35,805 nucleotides of DNA from Chiloscyllium plagiosum (lineage: Eukaryota), in assembly GCF_004010195.1 (NCBI RefSeq), contig NC_057719.1:51040913-51076717 (forward strand), written 5' to 3'. Below the pieces are notes generated by a model that ran no database searches, was not told the origin of the DNA, and saw nothing but the letters and a program-made list of their open reading frames with translations. Made by a program: the position numbers and the translations under genes. Shown here in pieces: positions 22,597 to 34,461 of the stretch (position 1 is its first letter; each line of letters begins with the position of its first letter).

Positions 22597-22890
22597 GGGT
22601 GGCATGGTGGCTCAGTGGTTAGCAATGCTGCCTCACAGTGCCAGGGACCTGGGTTCGATTGCCCCCTTGGGTGACTGTCTGTAAGGAGTTTGCACATTCT
22701 CCCTGTGTCTGTGTAGTTTTCCTCCGGGTGCTTTGGTGTCCTCCCACAATTCACCTGACTTGGCCACACTAAATTGCCCATAGTGTTAGGTGCATTAGTC
22801 AGGGGTAAATATAGAGTAAGGGGATGGGTTTAGGTGGGTTACTGTTTGAAGGGTCGCTGTGGACTTGTTGAGCCAAAGGGCCTGTTTCCA
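22597..22890 (+). mobile_element. tRNA-derived V-SINE (HE1-like)
   Basis: A box TGGCTCAGTGG (22608-22618), B box GGTTCGATT (22652-22660), V-domain ggagtttgcacattctccctgtgtctg...tttcctccgggtgct, and a CR1-like 3' part. Confidence 0.9.
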
Positions 22891-22898
22891 AAAAAAAG

Positions 22899-25381
22899 GT
22901 GCTAGGGGTTTTTTATAGGCCTCCTCAGTGTTCCAGGGAAAAGGAGGAGAGGATCAGCAAAATGATTCTGGGTAGGAATGAAAGAAACAGGGTGGTCATT
23001 ATGGGGGACTTTAACTTCCCCAACATTGACTGGAAATGCTATAACTCTAGTAAGTCGGATGGATCAGTTTTTGTCCAAAGTGTGCAGGAGGGTTTCCTGA
23101 CGCAGTATATCGAAGGGCTGACAAGAGGGGAGGCCACACTGGATCTGATGCTTGGTAATGAACCAGGCCAGGTGTTTGATTTAGTTGTAAATGAGCACTT
23201 TGGAGAGAGTGACCATAATTTGGTTACGTTTAGTTTAGTGATGGAAAGGGATTGGTACATGCCACAAGGCAAGAGCTATAGATGGGGAAAGAGCAATTAT
23301 AATGCAATTAGGCAAGACTTAGGATGCACAGAATGAGGTTGTAAAATGCAGGGGATGGATTCAATCGAAATGTGGAGCTGGTTTAAGGAACTGATATTGC
23401 GTGTCCTTGATAGGTATGTCCCTGTCAGGCAGGGAGGAAGTGAAAAGGTAAGGGAACCATGGTTTACAACAGAAATTGCATCTCTTGTTAAGTGGAAGAG
23501 GGAGGCTTATAGGACGATGAGGCAAGAAGGTTCAAATGAGGCGATGGAGAATTACAGATTAGCTAGGATGGATTTAAAGAGAGAGTTAAGAAAAGGAAAA
23601 AGAGGACATGAACAGTTTTTAGCAGGTAGGTATGCGAGGGAGAAGAAGATGACTAGGGTAGGAATAGGGCCAGTCAAAGACAGAAGAGGGAAGTTGCGTG
23701 TGGACCCTGTGGAGATCAGAGAGATGCTAAACAAATATTTATCATTTGTTTTCACTCAGGAAAAGGAAAATATTGTAGAGGAGAAGAATGAGATATGTGA
23801 TATCAGACTAGAAAGGATCGAGGTTAGTAAAGAAGAGGTGTTATCAATTTGAGAAGGAGTGAAAGTAGACAAGTCCCCTGAGCCAGATGGGATTTATCTG
23901 AGAATTCTCTGGGAAGCTAGGGAGGGGATGGCTGAGCCTTTGGCCTTGATCTTTGGGTCATTGTCTACAGGTTTAGTACCAGAGGACTGGAGGATTGCAA
24001 ATGTTGTGCCCTTGTTCAAGAAGGGCAGTAGAGATAACCAAGGTAATTATAGACCGGTGAGCCTTATGCCTATTGTAGGAAAAGATTTGAAAAGGATTAT
24101 AAGAAATAGGATTTATACTCATCAGCAAGCAATAATTTGATTGGAGATAGTCAACATGGTTTCGTCAAGAGCAGGTCATGTCTCACAAACCTCATTGAGT
24201 TTTTTGAGAAGGTGACAAGCATGTAGATGAGGGTAGGGCAGTTGACATGACATATATGGACTTCAGTAAAGCCTTTGATAAGGTTTCACATGGTAGGCTG
24301 TTGGACAAAATGCAGAGGTATGGGATTGAGGGAGTTTTAGCAGCTTGGATTAGAAACTAGATTTCTGTAAGAAGGCAGTGAGTGGTGGTTGATCGAAAAT
24401 ATTCAGCTTGGAGTCTGGTTACTAGTGGTGTGCCATAAGGCTCTGTTTTGGGACCACTGCTGTTTGTCATTTTTATAAATGACTCAGACACAGGCATAGG
24501 TGGATGGGTTAGCAAGTTTGCAGATGACACTAAAGTCGGTAGAGTAGTGGACAGAATGGAAGAATGTTGCAGGTTGCAGGGCGACTTGGGTAAATGGCAG
24601 AATTGGGCTGACAGGTGGCAAATGGAGTTCAATGCAGATAAATGTGAGGTGATTCACTTTGATAAGAATACCAGGAAGGCAGAATACTGGGCCAATGAAA
24701 AGATTCTTGGTAGTGTGGATGTGCAGAGGGATCTTGAAGTCCATGTACATAGATCCCTGAAAGTTGCCACCCAGGTTGATAATGCTGTTATTAAGCCATA
24801 CTATGTGTTAGGTTTTATTCATAGAGGGATTGAGTTCCAGAGCTGTAATGTCATGCTGCAACTATACAAAACGCTAGTGCGGCCACACTTGGAATGTTGT
24901 GAGCAGTTCTGGTTGCCCCATTACAGGATGGATGTGCAAGCACTGGAAAAGATGCAGAGGAGATTTACCAGGATGTTGCCTGGTCTGGAGGGAAGGTCTC
25001 ATGAGGAAAGGCTGAGGTACTTGGATCTGTTCTCATTGGAAAGAAGAAGGCTAAGTGGGGATTTGATAGAGACATACAAGATGATCAGAGGATTAGATAG
25101 GGTAGACAGTGAAAGTAGTTTTCCTAGGATGATAATGTCAGCTTGTACAAGGGGGCATTGCTACAAATTGAGGGATGATAGATTTAAGACAGATGTCAAA
25201 GGCAGTTTCTTTACCCAGAGAGTGGTAAGGGTATGGAATGCCCTACCTGCCAATGTAGTTAACTCAGCCACATTAGGGAGATTTAAACAATCCTTGGATA
25301 AGCACATGGATGATGATGGGATAGTGTAGGCTTAGATTAGTTCACAGGTCAGCGCAACATCTATGTTCTATATTCTATGTT
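22899..25381 (+). mobile_element. CR1 LINE ORF2 (partial AP endonuclease + RT), disrupted
   Basis: GVFYRPP, MGDFNFPNIDW, LDLML and SDH (endonuclease). GPLLFVIFIND, KFADDTK, RPHLE and FFTQRVVRVWNALP (RT/C-terminus). Several stops and frameshifts. The 3' tail has ttctat repeats. Confidence 0.96.
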
Positions 25382-25958
25382 AACTTTACACAGATGCACC
25401 ATACCGTCCGGGGTGTATAACGGCCTGGTGTGGCAACTGCTCTGCCCAGGACTGTAAGAAACTACAGAAGGTGGTGTGTACAGCCCAGACCATCATGGAA
25501 GCCAACCTTCCATGCATGAACTCCATTTACATGGCTTGCTGCCACAGAAAGGCTGTCAACATTATCAAAGAACCATCGCATCCCAGTAATGCTCTTCTAC
25601 AACCTCTTCTGTCAGACAGAAGATACAGAAGCCTGAATGCAGCAGGTTCAGGAACAGCTTCTTCCTGGCCATTATTAGACTGATGAATGGAGTCTTTAGC
25701 TTCAAATGATGCTGATTTTGCTAACGTTGATCTCGCCCAGCGCACACCCTGTGCAATGTAACCTGTGTTCCTCTGTCTAAGTGTTTTTACAACCTCATTG
25801 CTTACTATGATCTGACTGTACTGCTTGTAAACAAAGCTTTTCACTGTACTTCACTACATGTGACAATAAATCAATTAATCAACTTACTGATTATACCTTT
25901 TACATTCATATACAAGTTGTTAATGTACATAACAAACAGCAAAGGTCCCAACACTGAT

Positions 25959-26598
25959 AGAACATAGAACATTACAGCGCAGTACAGGCCCTTCAACCCT
26001 CGATATTGCACCGACCTGTCATACCAATCTGAAGCCCATCTAACCTAAACTATTCCATGTATGTCCATATGCTTGTCCAATGACGATTTAAATGTACTTA
26101 AAATTGGCGAATCTACTACCGTTGCAGGCAAAGAATTCCATACCCTTATTACTGTCTGAGTAAAGAAACTACTCTGACATCTTCCTATATCTATCACCCC
26201 TCAATTTAAAGCTACGCCCCCTCGCGCTCGCCGTCCCCATACTTGGAAAAAGGCTCTCCCTGTCCACCCTATCCAACCCTCTGATTATCTTATATGTCTC
26301 TATTAAGTCACCTCTCAACCTTCTTCTCTCCAACGAAAACAGCCTCAAGTCCCTCAACCTTTCCTTGTAAGACCTTCCCTCCATGCCAGGCAACATCATA
26401 GTAAATCTCCTCTGCACCCTTTCCAAAGCTTCCACATCCTTCTTATAATGCGGTGACCAGAACTGTACACAATACTCCAAGTGCAGCCACACCAGAGTTT
26501 TGTACAGCTGTAGCATAACCTCATGGTTCCGGAACTCGATCCCTCTATTAATAAAAGCTAAAACACTGTATGTCTTCTTAGCAACCCTGTCAGCTGGG
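25959..26598 (-). mobile_element. 5'-truncated CR1 LINE
   Basis: MLQLYKTLVWLHLEYCVQFWSPHYKKDVEALERVQRRFT with a tagaaca tail. Flanked by TGAT (25955-25958, 26599-26602). Confidence 0.93.
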
Positions 26599-26679
26599 TG
26601 ATCCCTGTGATATACTGCTCACCACAGGCTTCCAATGACAAAATAAAAACTCTCCACTATTACTCTTTGCTTCCCATTT

Positions 26680-26986
26680 CATAGAATCCCTACAGAGCGG
26701 AAACAGGCCATTCGGCCCAACAAGTCCACACATCCCTCCAAAGAGTAACCCACCCAGACCCATTCCCCTACCCTATTACTCTACATTTATCACTCACTAA
26801 TGCGCCAATTCACCTAACCTGCACACTTTTGGATTGCGGGAGGAAACTGTATCACCTGGAGGAAATCCACACAGACACGGAGCAAATATGCAAACTCCAC
26901 ACAGACAGGCGCCTGAGGCTGGAATCAAAACTGGGTACCTGATGCAGCTAGCCAGCAGTGCTAACTACTGAACCACTGTCCCACCC
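26680..26986 (-). mobile_element. tRNA-derived V-SINE (HE1-like)
   Basis: The reverse complement is colinear with 22597-22890 and retains the full 3' tail ...ggcctgtttccgctctgtagggattctatg. Confidence 0.88.
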
Positions 26987-29069
26987 TTAAGCCATTTGTA
27001 AGCCAATTTTATCAACTTGCCTTGGATTCCATGGGCTCTTACTTTGTGGAACAGCCTCCCATGTGGGATCTTGTCAGAGGTCTTACTGAAATCTATGTAA
27101 ACCACATCAGCTGCACTACCCTCATCAATATACTTAGTCACCTTTTCAAAAGTGACTAATTCAACTAAATTAATCAGACAGGATTTTCCACTAACAAATC
27201 CATGCTGACTATTCCTGATCAATCCCTGCCTTTCCAAATATTGATTGATCCGTCCCTCAGAACTTTTTCTAAGTATTTTCATATCACTGACGTTAAGCTA
27301 ACTGGTCAAAAAATTACCTGGCCTATCCCTGCTGCCTTTCTTCAACAAAGGAACTACATTAGCTATTCTCCAGTAATCTGGCACTTCAAAATGGAGAACA
27401 AACTATTAAATATATCTGCTGGGGCACCAGCAATCTCCTCCCTGCCTCCCATAGCTTTCTGGTATACATCTCATCAATCCCAGTGGATTTAAATTTCTGT
27501 GAATACAAGTGAGAAATATTATTGAAGACCTCACTCACATCCACTGGCTTCACACATAGGTTGCCCCGTTAGTCTCCAGTAAGTCCTGCTGTTTCCCTGG
27601 TAATACTCTTACTCTTAATTTACTTATAAAAATCCTTGGGGTTTTCCTTGATTCCATCTGCTAAAAATATTTCATGGCTCCTCTTTTCCTCCTAATTTCC
27701 TTTATAAGCAACCTCCTATACGCTCTATACATATGAAAGGCCTCCTTCGCTTTTAATGCGCGGTACCTGACATACGCTTCATTCTTTTCCTTTATCAAAC
27801 CCTCAATATCCCTTGACATCCAGAGTTCCCTCAATTCGCTGCTCTCACCCTGTGCTCTCAGACAAACACACTAGCCGTGAATTCTCACTACACCATTTTA
27901 GCAGGCACCCCAAGTTGCTGCTCCCCAATCTATGTTTGCCAGATTCTATTGAATGATTTTGAAATTGGCCTTCCCCCAGTGTAGACACTTAACTTTTGCG
28001 CTACCCTTATTCTTTTCCAAAAAGATTTTGAAACTTACAGAATTTTGGTCACTATCCCCAAAATGCTTGCCCACTGAAGCTCCAATCACTTGGACAGGCT
28101 TCATTCCCTAGGATCTACCACCGTCCCATCTCTAGCAGGACTATCTGTGTACTGGCCCCCAAAAAACTCTCCTGGATGCACTTTAAAAATTCCACCCTCT
28201 CTAATCGTTTGCTGAAACTAATTATGCTGTAATGTTATATTGGGACTTTGACATGCTCCAGGCCCAGGATTTGAACCTGTGTGGATGGATTGATTTGAGT
28301 TGCTGCGATGGATGGTTTGCTCTCAGGAGGACAGCTCCACAACCACAATGTGCTTTTTTTTATTGTGCCAGTAAGCTGCACATGTCAATACCATCGATCA
28401 GTTTATGGAGATTTTCTTTCTTTGAGAGAGAAAACAATGGGAGATTAATATTAATGTGACACTTCTCTTGGTTGAAAAATAACTTGACAAATCTTTCTAA
28501 TTAGGGAGGGCAGTCACCACTTTTGTCACGTGAGCACTGTATAGAAGGGAATCAATGAAACCTTTTGATGTGAGTTATGTAATCACACTATGGATATGTC
28601 AAATCATTCATCGTTTACTAGCAAGCATTCTTGGACATTAAGCAATAATTGCTATGGATACCTGTTGGCATTTTTCTTTTTATTGATGGTAGGTGGATTG
28701 GGAAAAATGCATAAGAGAAGTGGATATTAATTGGTAAACAGATTTGTAGATTGTTGATCAAGCTCCTCGGTTACTGATTGTATTTTGTTCTTCTTCTTGC
28801 TGGGGCTATCAATTATATTGCCCACTTCAGCCTGATCAAAACTAGTTCATGGAAGACAAAAAGGCTACACATTGTTCCTGGTTGGGATGGCTTGGTGTGA
28901 AATACTGCATGGGGATTCAAAAGTTTTAAATTTTTGAAAATGATACATATATGAGTTTATGGCTTGCTAACATTTTCTCCTCAATTTGTGTAATTATAAA
29001 CACAGAAAAAGTGGTCATTTGTCTTATTTGCTATTTGTGCACATTACTGTTCGCAAATTTGACTTAAGT

Positions 29070-29176
29070 AGAGTTGAATTTATATAGCAGTTTGTACAAA
29101 CTCAGGATGTCAAAAAGCACTTTACAGCCAATTAGTTACATTTTTGACATGTAATCACTGTTGTAAAGTAGGGACA
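29070..29176 (-). mobile_element. Old SINE/L2-type 3' tail fragment
   Basis: atttatatagca...ctcaggatgtcaaaaagcactttacagccaat...gtaatcactgttgtaa resembles the tail of ancient L2-mobilised SINEs. Confidence 0.5.
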
Positions 29177-31812
29177 ATATCAGCTCTTCAAAAATATCTC
29201 ACGGATGTGAAATATATGGATCATCATTAGGATTAACAAGGTGTTACAGGTGCAAGTTCCTTTTGCCCTTTGTTACTTCTATCCAATTTACAAGCAACAT
29301 TTATAACCACAGTATGTTTGTGGAATTGTCCTGTTTGTAAATATTGTAGCATTTCAAGGAGTTCAATGGTCTTTTTTAAAACAAGTGAAGAATGGATAAC
29401 TTAAAATTGAATTAGAAGTGGACTGTATAAATTGAGAATGTCCAGGGGCTTCAGAGTCTAAAGTCAGTAAATGTACTTCAAAATTGCTCCGTGAACTACT
29501 GCCCATAAAAGCCCCAAGAGGCAGCTCATATTTTGACTAGTAATGCTAAACAACTCAGACAGCAACCAGTTAATGGAAGTTGAGGCACTCCTGATCAACT
29601 TTGATGTGATCTGACATTCAACTGTAATGAGGGCGAAGTCCGCGATTCTAATAAGCCAAATTTTAAGTCATTTATAAAAGTCTGATCAAACTGACTGTAA
29701 GGACAAATGGAATATTTTTGAAAAGCTTCTTGCTGAATGAACTGATTCACTATACAGTAAACTTTGATAATGAGTTTTTAAAAATCTCTCAAAGGATTGA
29801 AAAAACAGCTCAACTTGAAATAACGAGGGAAAATATGACACAGCCTTAGGGAAAGAGGTAAGGAAGTCCATTGGGAAGAATATTTCAACCATTGGAAATG
29901 AGGAATCTGGAAATGAACATAGCAGCTGCTGTTAAATATAGCAGCAAGAAATTCTTCCAGCATTCAAACATGTTCGAGACTGTCAGTGAAGAACAAAGAA
30001 ATGAAATGATACTGCTGAGATTGAAACTGAGGACAGATATAAGATTGTCTGTATGTGTGGTAAAGGTCAGGTCCTCTGCTCTTTTCTCTATGCTTTCTGC
30101 TCCCATGCTTTGCTCTTCAGCTGCTCATAAGAGCCTCCTGTTTTTAACTTGAATGACCAATATGACGAGGAAAATGAATAAATGACATGGTTCATTGCTA
30201 CCTTCCTCATGTGTGCTTAAAGGAAACACAAATCCTTTTCCAAAGGGATATTCAGTGTCAAAGCAGCTACTGTCCCTCAGTGTTCTGACTCTTCTGCCAT
30301 CACCACTAAAACCTGCTATTGACCAGGTTCATAACTATGAGTATAGGAGCCTCACCAGCATCAAACCTCAACAAGTCATTGACAACCACCCATTGAAATC
30401 TCAAATGACCACACTGCTACCAAGATTGTTCTTGCTGAAACATCATCAGCAAAATCTACATAATCAGGTCATGATTGTCAACATCAGGATTTAAGTCATG
30501 AATAGGTTAGAAGTGTTCAAAACAACCAAACTCTCTGAGATGAATGATATTTTTCTCAAGGTATCAAGAAAGGGAGACATGATTAAGCTTCTGAATTAAA
30601 GCTAATAGCCATCATGACCACATTAGTGATTGCTTGGGAAAGTTTGCTAAATTAGAAACAAGATGTTTACATTTTTATTTAGAAGATAACAAAGCAAATC
30701 AAGATCATTTTAGATTCCCGTGCCTGAGAGCACTACCATCACTTTGCCAACAGAACCCTGCCATCGTTGGCTGTGCCTCAGTTTGAGTATTGCTGCAGTT
30801 CTTCATGCCACTGAATGGGTTGGTTCTCAACCTATGTATCTATAGATACATGGGCAGGATGTCCCACAAGACCAGACTTCTCCCTGTGTTTTGAATGCTT
30901 CACCCAAGCCTATTTTTTTTGCTTTATCTTGTGCTTAAAGCCAATAAATTTACATGCAAATTGTCAGTCTGGAATATCTCATGCATGGAATAACGCTCCT
31001 TGAGGTTGCATGCTCCTTATCACTAAATTATGCCCTTCGATTCCTCAAGAACTGTAACACTCTTGAATTACATCTGTACACACCTCTATGGTGTAGGCTC
31101 AAAATCTCTTACTTCACATGTTCATTTCTCTTCCCCTGAGATCATAGTCATGTCATCAGTTACATCATCAGAATTTGCAAGAATCACATTATACCACCAA
31201 TCTCCACATTAAATTATTTCTGCTACACACTGAAGTCCTCATTATTTCACCTGCAGTCTACTTATTATGGACACAGGTGCCTATGGGTTCAGACTGACTT
31301 CAGTGTAAGTTTCACTTGTCTCTAAATGACATTCAAATGGTGTGATGTATAATATTGTTACTTTGTTTGCATGGTTAAATTTTAGAGACACATTATGTTC
31401 AGGATTTCATATTTTTGTGCATCAAAAGTCTTTCCTGAAAATAAATAACATTGGCACCAATTCTGAAGGATGTAATTCTGTTTAATTTTCAATCAGAAAT
31501 GCTTGCTAGCACTTCTGACAATTATCAGGACTGCATGAACATGTATTTGTTTGACCTAATCATGGAATAGATTTGCTGAAGATGTGCTTCAGATGACTCC
31601 TTAGAGATCTTCATGTCATATCTTGGTTGTGTGCTGCTCCTGTTCTGGATAGTAATTCTACCTGTTTCTGATGGGTTAATATGCTATAAGAAAGCTACTC
31701 CCATCACTGGTTATTTGTCTCCTTTTCCTCTGTATTTAGGCTAGTGACAGGCTATCATATCCATAAAGATTCCCTGCTACAGCCTGTTCCATGAACAGGC
31801 TATAATTTAGTC

Positions 31813-32050
31813 GGCATTGTAACATAGTAGTTATGTTATTGAACTAATGATCTGGTCACGTAGTTCAAATCCCGCAATGGTAGCTGGGCAATTTGAGTTC
31901 AGTTAATTAAATAGAAATATGTAATAAGAAAATTGTAGATTGTTGGTTCAATAATGCCTTTTAGGGAAGAAAATCTGTCATCTATGGCTGGTTTGATTCA
32001 GGGATGGGCAATAAATGCCATCCTTTATCTTGTGAATGAATTTTAAAAAT
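31813..32050 (+). mobile_element. Deu-domain SINE (SacSINE1-like), internally deleted
   Basis: B box-like agttcaaatccc, core gccttttagggaagaaaatctg, and tail agggatgggcaataaatgc...gtgaatgaattttaaaaa. Confidence 0.65.
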
Positions 32051-32194
32051 CTGAATTTCTTTTCTGAATAGATTCTGAACAGTCTGAATAGCTTCTCTTT
32101 TATGAGTTAAATCCTCTGTGTATAACTGAAATGATTGATTTTGTTTACCAAAATGTTAATCTGGGCAATCCTTCTGTACTGATGGTCAATAATA

Positions 32195-34125
32195 TTCACA
32201 AACACTATTTCAAAGTTATATGTCAGTTTATAACAAAAAAAGAAAGGGAAAGATTAAACAGAAAAAGAAAGCTTATGATAGTCACAGAGAAACTCAACAT
32301 TGCAAATAGCCGAGTGGAGTACAGAAAGTATAGGGATAAAAAAAAATCAATGAGAGGACATTAAAAAATATTAGCAAGCAAGATAAAGGAAATCCCAAAG
32401 ATGTTTTACCAGTATTAAAGAGTAAAAGGATAGTTGAGTAAAATGTAGGACTTATCAAAGATGAAAAAGGGAACTTGTGTGAAGATGCAGAGGATATGGG
32501 AAGAATTTTAAATGACGTATCCTGTATTCACAAAGGTGAGGGATGATGTGGATATAATAATCTAAAAGGAGCATTGCATGAAAATGGATAAATCACCAGG
32601 GCCAAATAGATTGTTTCTTATGATGGTGAATGAGGTGAAATAGCAGATGCTCTGAAGGTTATTTTTCAATCTTCACTAGACACAGATAAGGTGCCAGAGA
32701 AGTGGAGGAATATAAATATGATTCTGTTTTTTTAAAAAGGATACTAAAGAAATGCCAAACAATTTTAGGCCAGCTAGTCTTATTTTGGTGAAGGGTAAAT
32801 TGTTAGAACCAATCCTGAGAGATCGGATAAACCATCACTTAAAAAGGTACGGACTAGTCAGAGATAGTCAGCATGGCTCTGTTAAGGGAAGGTCATGCTT
32901 TACAATTTTGATGAATTCTTAGGAAGTGACAAGGAGGATCAATGAGGATAGTGCAGTGGATGTCATCTACATGTATTTTAGTAAGGCATTTGACAAGGTC
33001 CCACATGGCAGACTGGCTAAAAAGGTATAAGCCCATGGGATACAGAGTTATGTGTCAAATTGGATCCAAAGTTGGCTTAGTAACAGGAAACAAAGGGCAA
33101 TGGATGTTGGCTGTCCTTGTGAATGGAAAGATGTTTCAAGTTCTGCAGAGCTCAATGTTGGGACCCCTGCTGTTTGTCTTATACATTAACGATTTGGACT
33201 TGATTGAGGGGGCATAATTGGGAAATTTGCAGGCAATACAAAAACTGGCTATGTAGTGGATAGTGTAAGCTCCAAAATGATATAGATGAGTTGGTGGAGT
33301 GAGCATGAAGTTGGTAGATCGAATTCAACTCTGATAAGTGTGAGGTAATGCATTTAAGGAAGTCAAACAGCAAAAGGGAATACACAATAAACAGGAATAT
33401 ACTGAGAGGGGTAGATAAACCTAGAATTTTTGGTGTGCAAGTGCATATGTCCCTAAAGGTAGCAGTACAGGTAGATAAGATTGTAAAGAAGGCATATGGA
33501 ATGCTCTCCTTCATTGGCAGAGCTGTAGAATATAAATGTAGGGATATAATGATGAACCATATAAGACACTGGTGAGGCTACAGCTGGAATATTGTGTGCA
33601 GTTCTGGTCACCATGTTACAGGAAAGATGTAATTGCTCTGAAGAGAATGCAAACAAAGTTTACTGGAATGTTGCCAGGGCTGGAGAATTGTAGCCACGAG
33701 GAGAGATTGGACAGGTAGGGGTTGTTTTCCTCAGAGTAGAGAAGGCTGAGAGGTGACATGATTGAGATATGTAAAACTGTGAGGGGTTGAGATAGAGTAA
33801 TTGGGGGAACCTGTTTCCCTTGGCAGAGAACCAGGGGTCATAGATTCAAGCTAAGTGGCAGAAGGATTAGAGGGAATGTGAGGCAAAACTTCTTTATGCA
33901 GAGGGTAGTGGATGCCTGAGTTGGCAGTGGCGACAGAAATCCTAAACAGTGCCCTTTTAAAAAATGCTTAGATCTGCACCTTAAGTGCTGCAAACTATAG
34001 GGCTATAGGCCACGTACAGGAAGATGTAATTAGACAGGGCTTAAGTTTTCTTTGGGAGGGTATGGACAAGATGGATCAAGTGGCCCCCTTCTGTACTGTA
34101 TCATTTCTATGGTTCCATGCTTCTA
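32195..34125 (+). mobile_element. Decayed CR1 LINE ORF2 and 3' end
   Basis: LGPLLFVLYINDLD, SLKVAVQVDKIVKKAYGMLSFIGRAVEYK and a ttctatggttccatg tail. Many stops and frameshifts. Confidence 0.9.
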
Positions 34126-34461
34126 ACAATTAAAAATTCCCTTCATGCTGTCATTTTGCCAACAATAAAGTATACATTTAACAACTGTGCAACAAACTTT
34201 TAGATCAAAATCACAGGGCTGAATCTTATGTTTTATTGGCTAAGTATGAATTGCATCGAGTTTTTTCACGGTGTGTCATTGCAAGGACCAGCAAGATCTC
34301 TTGCATTATCTTACCAAGCTGGCCCATTAATTACCTACCTTACCTCTATAGTGTCTCTCATGTCTTATTATCACCCTATCTTAGCATGTGCCCTTCCCAG
34401 AACAACTCGCTACTCATCAGATGTCATCCAAGAATCTGCAGCCCTTGTCCCTGCACCCATC

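Larger units (their letters stand above)
22089..25880 (+). mobile_element. Rex1/Babar-like LINE in three pieces (22089-22255, 22540-22581, 25382-25880)
   Basis: AVTDFISKCMEDCV.KK.V..FPNHKPWMNQE in piece 1. CITAWCGNCSAQDCKKLQKVVCTAQTI and IIKEPSHP...LQPLLSDRRYRSL in piece 3. The 3' end is aataaatcaattaatc. Confidence 0.75.
21252..28205 (-). mobile_element. Old CR1 LINE hosting a nested insertion stack (host segments ~21252-22088, 25881-25958, 26603-26679, 26987-28205)
   Basis: The segments rejoin colinearly with the uninterrupted CR1 at 18223-19637. Peptides QHGFVSGKSCL and DVVYIDFSK occur at 26965-27282. Confidence 0.85.

Noticed and set aside
22597..22670. tRNA gene
   Set aside because: The A/B boxes run directly into a V-SINE body, so this is a SINE head.
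29686..31212. Cluster of 60-100 aa ORFs
   Set aside because: No shared frame, motifs or splice pattern; consistent with chance or very old repeat debris.
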